This document shows positions 47,767 through 64,000 of a stretch of DNA of 64,000 bases, piece after piece. The notes under the pieces were generated by a model. The model searched no databases and was not told where the DNA came from. It saw only the letters and a list, made by a program, of their open reading frames with translations. The stretch covers positions 304,048,001 through 304,112,000 of the forward strand of contig OZ024741.1 of NCBI GenBank assembly GCA_964016885.1, written 5' to 3'. Positions within the stretch are counted from its first letter, which is position 1, and each line of letters begins with the position of its first letter. This DNA is from Eledone cirrhosa (Eukaryota). The position numbers were made by a program, and so were the translations under genes.

Positions 47767-48796
47767 TTATATAATGACCAAGGTATATAATATCATTTAC
47801 CATCATTAAGCTAATATCTTATGTAATATCAAGGTATGCAATATCTTTTACCTTCGCATGTCTAGACTACTTGGAGCCACCTTTACATGGTGTTAAACAG
47901 TGACCTTTACTGCAAGAATGCAAGACATACAACGCACACACAAGGGGTCGGGAGGACTTTTCAGCTGTGTCAAAGACTAGACAACCTCCCTAATAAAATG
48001 CCCTCGGTGGTGTGTGGGATCGTATGTAAGCAATATGAAGGTCGCCTGGCCCATCTAGGCACTTTATAGAGTGCAGAATGTATGTATGCAAAATGCAGCC
48101 CCACCCTCACCTAAAAGCTCTGTAGCTCTACTTCAGTACTGACTTGGTCTGTGAAGATCTGTCCAATCTTTGCTAGCAGGGAAATCTAAGTCTAAAGTCT
48201 GTCTTAAGCCAGAAGGCTTGTTAGGCCGCCACTGGACAGGACACTAGCCAATCGCAGGGTTAAACCCCCAGCTATTGCTGGTACTCATTTTCATGAAATG
48301 AAGAATTTTATTATACATGCAACCCAGCCCAGGAATCAAACCCACAATATTATGATCATAAGTCCAACACCCTTACCATTAGGCCACATGCCTCCACTAG
48401 CAGGGAAAACAAGCATGAAATCATGCCATTCCTATCACCAGCCCCTTTAAAGAGTGTATTGAGTGCATTTTATTGTGACACCATCAGATGGTGGGAACAC
48501 TAAAACTGAGGAGTGTTATCATAGACAATATTCAGTTTTAAAGTTTCGAGTCAGAAAAGAAGAGTTGTTGGAACAACACCAAACATCTACCTATACCAGG
48601 TTTTCCCAAGCTTTTTCAAACACAGAACACATTTTGGTTCAGAAACTTTTGAGAGAATCCCACATTCTAATACTGTTATATGGTTGTAATATAAATATAC
48701 TCCTCTACTTTTTTCGCAGAACCCCAGACACTTCCATGGAACTACTGACCTATACATTTCACACATTATTAAGAATCTAAGAATGAAAATACTCAC

Positions 48797-48874
48797 ACAT
48801 GGCTTACAAAACCAATTTGTAGGTTTAGAGTTTGACATGTAATAACAATTCCAACACTGGCAAATTTCATCAAT
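48797..48874 (-). CDS. ZMYND11: ZMYND11 exon (zinc finger linking bromo and PWWP)
   Basis: IDEICQCWNCYYMSNSKPTNWFCKPC vs human [26 protein letters not shown]; ag/gtgagt. Confidence 0.93.
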
Positions 48875-50312
48875 CTGAAAGAGACACCGAAATGTAATTA
48901 ATATTCAGTACTGCATTAACAAGACATTCTTAAAGAAAGTACAAAAATGTAATATGACTGCATCACATTAACCCTTTTAATACCAACCTGCCTGAGAGTG
49001 CCTATGATTCTATGATATAAAATCTCTTATTTTACATCACCTATATTCAAATCAAAACTTTCCTTCATAATGTTATGCAAGAACCTTTGAAAAGTAGTCA
49101 TAAATTCCAGCTAATTAAACAGTAAACATTTAACGATAGTATGATGATAATGGTCAATATTACAATGACCTACACATATCATTATGTGAAGGCACATAGC
49201 CAAGTGGTTAGGGTGTTGGGACTTATGATTATATGATTGTGGGTTCAATTCCTAGAGCAGGTGGTATATTGTATTCTTTGAGCAAAACACTTCATTTCAC
49301 ATTGCTTTTATCCAGATGGGAGTCTTGTACTCTCAGTCACTCAACACCGATGAAACCAAGATAGACACCAGCCTGATGAACCTATCAGCTTGGGAGAAAC
49401 TTTATTTTCAACTTCAACCCATATCATCCCAGGCCATGCAATAGTTTCTTAACTCCAGCTGGAGTCATAGAGGTACCAAAGTGACACACACTATGTCTTG
49501 AGCATTTTAAACCTAGTAGACCCTATCCTTGCTCCAGGTCTGAATACAGCTGATTTTTTCAAGGTCTGACAACCTCCTTAGTGTTGGTGATCTACATGAT
49601 AAATGCACCCAGTGCATGCTGTAAACTGGTTGCTGATAGGAAGGGCATCCAGTCACAGAAATCTTTTAAATACTCCTCCGTCTGTCCAAATAAAAATATT
49701 TCAATGATAACTGTTATCTTGTCAGAGAATACTTTCTCCTATGATTCTGTGTATAGCCAAGTAGATGATGAAGATTCATGAGGAGGGAACTACTACTACT
49801 ACAACTGCTACTACAACTACTACGGTTACTATTACTGTTGTATAACTTGGCATGAGAGATAAAGTGGTGGTCAGATACATTTATAGGTTAATGTGAGCAG
49901 ATACATTTATAAGTTAATGTGAGCAGATCTATATATAAATTTGAGCGACTTCTATCTGTCCATCACCCAATGTGTGTGTGTGCATGTTTGTATGAATGTA
50001 TGTGTGTAAAAGGAAGGGGATGATGAAAAAACTATAGCAAAACAGCAACTGCCGTTCCATTTGCTATGCTGTGTGTGAGTGTATGTATGTGTTTGTGTAA
50101 ATGTATGTGTGTGTGAATGTATGTGTTAGTTTGTGTGAATGTATATGTATTTGTGTAAATGTATGACTGTGGGTGTGTATTTTTGCAAGTGTGTCTGTGT
50201 TTGTGCATTTATATTTATATACTCATACATATAAATATATGCATACACACATATACACATAAGCGTCAGTGTGTTGAAAAAATCCTAGTAATTAAAAAAG
50301 CTTACAACTTAC

Positions 50313-50368
50313 ATCATATTTACAATCTCGTATCATGATCCGAGCTAATTCTGTCATTCCATGCTCCT
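50313..50368 (-). CDS. ZMYND11: ZMYND11 exon (end of bromodomain)
   Basis: tttcag|(E)EHGMTELARIMIRDCKYD|gtaagt; phase 1 to 0. Confidence 0.9.
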
Positions 50369-51308
50369 CTGAAAGAAAAATCTTGAGCTGTTTAACAATA
50401 TTCATATAATAATGAAATGCTGAGAAACACTACACTTGGGTCCCAAATAATAGGGAGTGGGAATAAGAGGGGGAGAGGTTGGAATAAGTAGGATGGGTGG
50501 AGGTGGGGGGTTGGGTTGAAAATTGATAATTTTTGTAGATTGTTTCCATTGATTTTTTTAAAAACCAGAATTAGTCATTTAGTTTACATATTGAAGACGC
50601 AGTAGAGGAAGACCACGAAAAACATGGGCGGAAGTGGTGAGAGCAGACCATAGACCGCTGAAGCTTACGGAGAATATGACGAAGGACCGTGACAAGAGGA
50701 GAGATGCTGTGCTGAATAGGACTCGTCCCACCCTTGCAAGCAGGGAAAAGCGGACGTAAAATGATGATGATGGTGATGATTGAGACCCCAACTCATCCTA
50801 TTTATTTTATAACATATGGGATTTTTAGTAATGTACTTTTTTGTAATGAATAATGTTTTTTAATGTCTAAAGAAAATTAATTGTCGCAGGAATGCTACCA
50901 CTTAAAATAGATTTCGCCGGGAGATAGGTTAGCAAAATTTAATAAGCAGAGGGTGAGGTGGAATAAGAGCAGGCGGAGGGGATCTGAAAAATTAATAAGT
51001 GTGTATGGGAGGGAATTATTTGAGACCCGAGAGTACATCAATTATAATATAATGAATATATTTGACTCTCTTCATCCAACCTGGCCAAAACCACACCTGG
51101 TTCCATGAAACAAAACCACCCATTTTAAAAGGTTCATATTTAAATTTAAATCTTCTAATATCATTTTCCTTTAAATAATTAATAATTTCAATAAATCCCT
51201 TAACATTCTTCATTAATTAATTGAAATAGAGTGTATTTCATTAGAAATACTGTCTTGACGGGTTTAAAATTTCATATTAAATAACAAAACCCAACAAAAT
51301 ATAACAAT

Positions 51309-51355
<47 letters not shown>

Positions 51356-51778
51356 CATTGTAGGTAGGTGTGTAACAATATCTAATGAGCTGTTGATGCA
51401 GACTCGGTTCCCGGTCATCATGATCTTACATTGAGCTGATTAATGAAACAATTGTCACCTCGGACCGGGTAATGTGTTGTTTCCTTGAACAAGACACTTT
51501 ATTTCACATTGCTCCAGTTTACTCAGCTGTAGAAATGAGTTGATAGGACTGGGGTCCCTATCATTCCACTGCAAAGTGGTCGTGGAGGTGCCACGGCAAA
51601 AAAGCACCCAGTACTCACTGTAAATGAGGTTGGTGTTAGGAAGGGCATCCAGCTGTAGAAATCAAGCCAAAAATCAGTTCCTAACCTGCCATTGTCCACA
51701 ACAGGACAACCCGTCTAACCCATGCTAGCGTGGAAGAATGGACGTAAAACGTTGATGATGATGATGATGATGATATAT

Positions 51779-52266
51779 ATCATCATCTTCATCATCATCA
51801 TCATTTTACATCCATTTCTCCACACTAGCATGGGTTAGACGAGTTAGATGAGTTGTGGGCAATGCTAGGTCAGGTGACCATGTCTTGCTCATACAGAACT
51901 GATTTTGGTTTGGTTTCTACAGCTGGATGCCCTTCCTAACACCAACCTCATTTACAGTGAGTACTGGGTGCTTTTTGTCATGATACCTACATGACCACTT
52001 TACAGTGGGAGGGCAGCATGGGGCTTGCTGTATATATGCTTCAGCTTCAGCCTGTGGCCGTAGGAAGTCAGTTCTACATTACTGCATAACATCAGTGATC
52101 TCGGTCCTGTGTCATCACCTTTGGGAGGTTCAATTGGGCATTGTCAATTTTATCACCTCATCCCAAGTCTTCCTGGGTCTTCCTACTCCAAGGCTTTCAT
52201 TGACTTTGGGCGCTCTACACCTTTTTATGCAGCCGTCATCCTTCATACGCATCACATGTCTATACA
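51779..52266 (-). mobile_element. RTE 3' fragment, tail-to-tail with a SINE
   Basis: Same 3' UTR motifs and ORF end (GHVMRMKDDGC, GRPRKTWDEV) on the minus strand. Confidence 0.8.
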
Positions 52267-52803
52267 ATTAAACTATTACAGGATGTTATGAGTTAAGTAG
52301 TAACTGAATTTTAAGTGCTCTTGCGTTTCGAATAACCCTCCCTCCTCCACTTACTAATTTTTCACATTTTTTTCACCCCAACCCCCACTCTTATTCCAAA
52401 CCTCTACCCCCACCCCCACCCTGCTCATTAAATTTTGTTAAATTTGTCTCTGGCGAATTTTATTTTAAGTTGTAACACTTTTATTTTAAGTGTAACTCCT
52501 GCAATAATTGATTTTCTTTAGACATTAAAAAAAACATTAGACATGGCAAAAAAGAACATTTCTAGGAATCGCATACACTATAAAATAAATAGGATGCGTT
52601 GGGCTCTCAATATGTAAACTAAACGACTAATTCTGATTTTTAAAAACAGTCAAGGAAGACAACCTAGAAAAATTACCAATTTTCCAACACCCCAGCTTAT
52701 TTCAACTCGCCCCCTCCCCCTATTATTTGGGAACTGAGAGTAGTTAGATAAAAACAAAATAAAAGAACAAAACCATGGCTCCCCTAGAACATTGATGTCT
52801 TAC

Positions 52804-52984
52804 CTCCATATACCAAATATACATTATGCACAATGTTATGGGCATCTGCAACAAGCTCTTCCACACAGCGGTACTTCTGATTCCGTACATCTTGTTCCAT
52901 TGTGTTCAGATCCATTGGTTTGTAAACAAATCGCTTAAAATTTAATTCTTCATCCCTGTGTCCTATTCTGTGCAATTCCCGGGT
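52804..52984 (-). CDS. ZMYND11: ZMYND11 exon (bromodomain)
   Basis: TRELHRIG...FKRFVYKPMDLNTMEQDVRNQKYRCVEELVADAHNIVHNVYLVYG; canonical ag/gt; phase 0 to 1. Confidence 0.93.
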
Positions 52985-54368
52985 CTGTAGTTTGATAAAG
53001 TTGTGTAAAGAAATATGGAAACAAAGATGAAATATATATGAAAACTATATGATCTGTCAGAGTTTTTGTACAGATTTCAAGTTCAAATTGATTAAATGAC
53101 AACTATGATGGCTTAACTGATTATAATTTTTGTCAGCTGAGTGGACAAGAGCAACATGAAATAAATTGTCTTGTTAAAGGACATGACACTCCACTGCAAG
53201 TAAAATACATGTCTTTACAACCATGAACCAAACACCCTAATCACTAAATCACATGCCTTATAATTCACTGTTTTCTGATCAGAAATACCCATCAATGGGT
53301 GATTAGTTCTACTAACTTGAAGGGTTGCAGGGGTGAATGAGAAATGTAACTTCCATACATTTCAAGGACATACTTAGATGTCAGTGTATGGTACCTTCCC
53401 ACCTTATTTCTGCACAAAAATGTTATGTTTTACATTCATCTTTTTATGAATGTATGTATACGGTGTGATGGTTTTTATTGAAGCATTTGTTTTTACAGCT
53501 GGAAGCCCTTCTTATCTCAGTTAACCATTCAACCATGAAACCGGCTTTATGTCAATTACGCAAACTCTGGTAACAGAGATATTTACGTTGCTCACAGATA
53601 CAACACAACTGCTGTAGTAGTTGGTGTTTGAACATTTATATGGTCAGCAGTCAAGTGATTTAATTTTACAACTGTTTGAAATTTGAAAACGTGAGCGTCC
53701 CAAATGCAGAAAACTCTAATAACAGCTAATCACTATAGATAATAGATGAGAAAATTAGGTAAATTACCCTTAGAGACAGAAAAATGTGGACAGAGGCACC
53801 AATGATGAATTGAACCATGGGTCTCTTGAATAACAGAGTAACATGCATTACTGCTAATCACTCCATAGCTGTCTCTGTCTACCAAATTTCACTCACAAGG
53901 CATTGGTCAACTCAAATCTAGAACAGAAGACACCTGTCCAAGGTGCCATGCAAAGCATCAAGTTTCATGTTCTGTATGACATGAAACTGCATTAGCAAGA
54001 CATTCTTGAAAACTACATCACATTAAAAATGAATGTATTTCTTTAGTTTACTGCAAATTTTCACAATGAAAATTTGTCTATTAGTAAAGATACCACACGC
54101 CTTTTAAATTAACAGACACATATTTAGATATTTAAATCATTGCAGAATGTTAAGAATTAAAAATGGAGCCTAAATAAATGGTGCAACCAGTTGACAAAAT
54201 ACTGAATAACATCAGTCATAATAGGGGTGTAATAAAATGGATAGATATATATATAAATATATATAAATAACTATAGGTTGATAGTTAAGAAAATTACTAT
54301 GAACAATACTATCCAGACATACAACTAAAAACAGATAGCTATAAAGTTCTCATTGGGCGAAAATATAC

Positions 54369-54443
54369 CTTTTCCTTCAGCCTTTGGACTGTGTAACCAA
54401 GAAGGGTATTTAGCATATTTCCTCGGATTCGATTGTGCCCAGC
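54369..54443 (-). CDS. ZMYND11: ZMYND11/BS69 orthologue, first exon visible in the window (start of bromodomain)
   Basis: ctag|AGHNRIRGNMLNTLLGYTVQRLKEK|gtatat, in a different frame from the ORF-track call; resembles human EMGTYLRFIVSRMKER; phase 0/0. The 11 visible exons sum to 1605 nt, open to the stop at 30505. Confidence 0.85.
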
Positions 54444-56168
54444 CTAGAAATAAATACAAGTGTTTAAAATAGCATATGATACAATTTCTTTTTGCATTGG
54501 TACATGGTATGTCTACTTTTGAAAGAATGAAATTGACCACAGTACATATTTCCATCAATGAGTGATGAGTTCTATTGTGATGTATACTAGTTTAGATCAC
54601 TTTTGATGGCACATATCTTATAAACAACCATTCATCATCCCAAAAGGAAAAAATGAAACCTAAAGTCACTTTTAGAACAAAATTGAAACAATAAAATACT
54701 AAAAACATTCTTTCTAGCAGGGAAAACTGATGTTAAATGATGAAAATGAAGACAAAAATACTGTAAATATCTGAGTTAATGTTTAAGATGTGTTGTGGTA
54801 AATAAATTTCAGGGGTTAACATCTGTTGCCTAAGTCCTTGCTCTTTCCCTCCTTTTCATCTTAAACATAATCCTTTACTTTACTTTCCTATACAACCAGA
54901 TCTGCCCTTCTTTACCCCTTCCATCTTTTACAATGTAATGGAACTAAGAATAAAATGTATAAGTTTGGGTAAAACTGTATCATAACTGTATTCTAGCTGG
55001 TACCATTTTGCCTTTATGGTGTAGGTATATAGTCCCAAATTAAGAATAAAAGTTATAGTTGCCATTTTAATGACAGCAATGAGTTTGGTGTTGAGGGAGA
55101 AATGACGGCTGCTGTATTATACAGCAGAGGGAGTAATATATAGTAGCTTCATTATTGCAAGGTGGTGAATTGACAGAGTCATTAGGGCATCAGATCCAAA
55201 ATTGCTTGGTATTTGTTTTGGCTCTCTACTTCAGATACTACCTTTCATGCTTTTAAGGTGTTTTCTGAACTGGAGAGGGATTGGCTTCCGAAAGTTTAAA
55301 ATGCCCATGGGTCAGGATGGTACCCCTATAACTCCATTAAGGTTTAAGGGCTTTTTACCTCTACGTTCATGATTGGCTCAAAAAAAAAAAAAAAAAAAAA
55401 AAATAAGAGTAATTTCACATTTGTGAAGAAACAAAAACATCATACAAAAAATATGAAATTTCCAAAAGATAATGGATGATGACTATGGGATAAAGAGGTG
55501 CCAAGAAATCCCAGTGGAAGAAAGCTGATTGCAAGTTGTGTAACCTCACAACCTGATGAAAGAATGCTGTAAAGAAGGATGCTGTGCTATAAAAAAAAAA
55601 TTCCAGCCTATGCACGCATGGAAAAAAAAGGACAAAATGATGATGATGATGATGATTTATATATATATATATATATATTAAATGTTACAGAAAATAATAT
55701 TTTCAAATGATTTTTAAGGAGCAAATTTTTCTCTACAGTTAATAAAACTGTCATTATTTCTATGAGACTAGGATACAAGTTAAACAAAATAATTGACAGC
55801 TAAAAACACAAAATAACTTGGTGTTACTTGACAACTGTTTCAATCTTTTTATATCAGTAAACTCTTTTATATGCATTTTTCTGCATGTTAGCATCTGCTG
55901 CTTGGTTGTGGGAAATTTGAGAAAAGCTCTCAGCAAACGATAACATTATATATCATAAGTGGATAAGAAAAAATTGAAATGGAGAGAGGAGGGAGAATCA
56001 AAGGAAAAATGCAGGTGATGTATTTCTCACATTCCAGTTGACCAACAGACAAACAAAAATGTACAAAGAAAGGGTGATTGAAATAAACAGAAAAAAGGAG
56101 TAGAAGTTATATATATATATATATATAAATATGAGAATAAACGTGCTGCGTGGTTGCTAATGGGTTAC

Positions 56169-57278
56169 ATATGAATAAAGTTAGTCCTTCATCAGTGATC
56201 TTCCAACCATCATTGGTATTTCATCGCTTTAAAGACCATATACCTCCGGTTGGTGCGAGCAACGGCTAAAAAAAAGTCGTTGGGACACGTAAATAAAGGG
56301 GACACGAGAGTGTAAACAAACAAAGATGGCGAAGCAACGAAAAGTGAGGAAGAAGGAGTCAAGTCCCAAATTTCCATGAATATAAGTTCGGTGAAATCGT
56401 GAACGAGAGAGAATAAAGACCATCAAACCTGGTTGGAATGTGAGCAAGGAAGGAATTCCGTACAGGTCTAACGGGAGGAAGAAGGAATCTAGTTTGTGAA
56501 TTCGGTGAACATAAGTTCTGTGAAATCGTAGACGAGAGAGAGAAAAAAAGCGAACCTGCCTGACCAAGGGTGCGAAAGAAAAGAATTACGCACAGGTTAA
56601 ACGGGAAGAAGGAGGAGGAGGAGAGGTAGTAACAGAGAGTGAGTGAGTGAAGGGTGAGGAAGAGGCTAACAGAGAGTAACTGTTAGAGAGGGTAAAGATA
56701 CAGAGAAAGAGGAAGCAGTAAGAACGAAATAGACTGCTTCCTCTTTCTCGGTATCTTTACCCTCTCTAACAGTCACTCTCTCTGTTAGCCTCTTCCTCAC
56801 CCTTCACTCACTCACTCTCTGTTACTACCTCTCCTCCTCCTCCTTCTTCCCGTTTGACCTGTGCGTAATTCTTTTCTTTCGCACCCTTGGTCAGGCAGGT
56901 TCGCTTTTTTTCTCTCTCTCGTCTACGATTTCACAGAACTTATGTTCACCGAATTCACAGACTAGATTCCTTCTTCCTCCCGTTAGACCTGTACGGAATT
57001 CCTTCCTTGCTCACATTCCAACCAGGTTTGATGGTCTTTATTCTCTCTCGTTCACAATTTCACCGAACTTATATTCATGGAAATTTGGGACTTGACTCCT
57101 TCTTCCTCACTTTTCGTTGCTTCGCCATCTTTGTTTGTTTACACTCTCGTGTCCCCTTTATTTACGTGTCCCAACGACTTTTTTTTAGCCGTTGCTCGCA
57201 CCAACCGGAGGTATATGGTCTTTAAGGCGATGAAATACCAATGATGGTTGGAAGATCACTGATGAAGGACTAACTTTA

Positions 57279-57285
<7 letters not shown>
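56169..57285. repeat. Long inverted repeat: ~551-bp arms, 13-nt spacer
   Basis: 56169-56719 is the reverse complement of 56733-57285 apart from a few substitutions and one 2-bp indel; spacer aagaacgaaatag. Confidence 0.97.
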
Positions 57286-57369
<84 letters not shown>

Positions 57370-57840
57370 ATATATATATATATATATAATATATATATAT
57401 ATATAATATATATATATATATATAATATATATATATATAAATTACAGCTGTCACTCAAAATCAAGTATGTACTATGCTTTTGCTAAGGATTTTTAGATAT
57501 TCGTGAAGTTACAATCAGACACAGATGATGTCTTCAGCTTTCTTCCTCTTATACAGCAAAACATTCAGGATGTGACAGCTGAAAGAAAAGAGAGCTGCAC
57601 CAGCCCAATGCTGGTGCAGCTCTCTTTATTGACTCCAAAATAATGTATGGCAAGGTGGAACTTTGTGGAATTTGAACTCAGATAACCAAAACAAATATAT
57701 CCAACACTCTAACACCTCAATTGGGGGTAACCATAGTAAGTAAGGTACTCAATACATAGAGTATAAATGTTGAATATAGAAATGGCTTCTACAGGACTAG
57801 AACTGTTTCATTCGAAGGAAATCATCAGGAAAGCCCATAG

Positions 57841-60616
<2,776 letters not shown>

Positions 60617-61027
60617 TGGTGGCTGCCAACTCGTTTTCGAGTACGGCCACTACTTTATATCCATGTAGGAGAACCCCTACCGATGCGCTGAACGTGTGTG
60701 ACTTTTTAGTCCAGCCAGCGACTTGAAAACTCTGGTACAAACGCTACACTTGTGACAATTATTGACACATAGTGCTGGGCCCTTGGTACCATGTGACGAC
60801 AAGTGCAGAGAGATCTCCAGATATAAAGCAATGCCTGTGCCGTGAAGCTTTTATAGTGAGCAAAGGCACTGCACAAAGCCAGTCCCACTCTCTTAACCAA
60901 GATGATATTTACCAAAAAGAAGAACAAGTCAACATCATTGGATACCATCAGGGTTGCTGGTGTTATATCAGAGTTTTCCTTCTCCTAGAATTCTGCCTTG
61001 ACAAAGGCTAAGGGGTCATCTCTCCCG
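60617..61027. other. GC-balanced ~410-bp island inside the (TA)n array, probably a retroelement UTR fragment
   Basis: Abrupt boundaries with TA repeats on both sides; no convincing ORF or ZMYND11 exon. Confidence 0.4.

Positions 61028-64000
<2,973 letters not shown>

Noticed and set aside
49373-49410. CTGATGA...GAAA near 49373; also CTGAAGA at about 6268, 11331, 17932, 31862 and 39087
   Set aside because: No closing stems or no GAAA/NUH in register; not hammerheads.
54325-54558. ORF-track 77-aa peptide over the first visible ZMYND11 exon
   Set aside because: Wrong frame; splice phase and homology support AGHNRIRG...RLKEK at 54369-54443.
56229-57225. Twin 112-aa ORFs on opposite strands
   Set aside because: A by-product of the palindrome; non-ATG start and no recognisable domain.

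Overview
AT-rich eukaryotic genomic DNA. The (TA)n/(CAT)n load, RTE LINEs and tRNA-SINEs suggest an octopus-like coleoid cephalopod (inference). Two convergent spliced genes are present. On + is a complete 5-exon secernin-family gene (CDS 8144-17116, 425 aa) lacking the N-terminal Cys of the C-D-T-F-V-A motif. On - are the last 11 coding exons of a ZMYND11/BS69 orthologue (54443 down to 30505; bromo-ZnF-PWWP, coiled coil, MYND); its 5' part is outside the window. A ZMYND11 intron carries a young RTE LINE with an intact ORF (APE-RT-PHD finger) and an 8-bp TSD. Around it are many truncated RTE and CR1-clade copies, SINEs, piggyBac-like and TA-flanked MITEs, a 5S rRNA pseudogene, a 51-bp minisatellite fused in frame to an RT fragment, and about 6 kb of (TA/TACA)n. 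The least obvious signals are several type I hammerhead-ribozyme-like motifs, probably Penelope-like remnants and some with long stem II inserts, and a series of foldback palindromes with arms up to about 550 bp. Tandem copies of a ZMYND11 splice donor are also present. All alignments were by eye; no searches were run.
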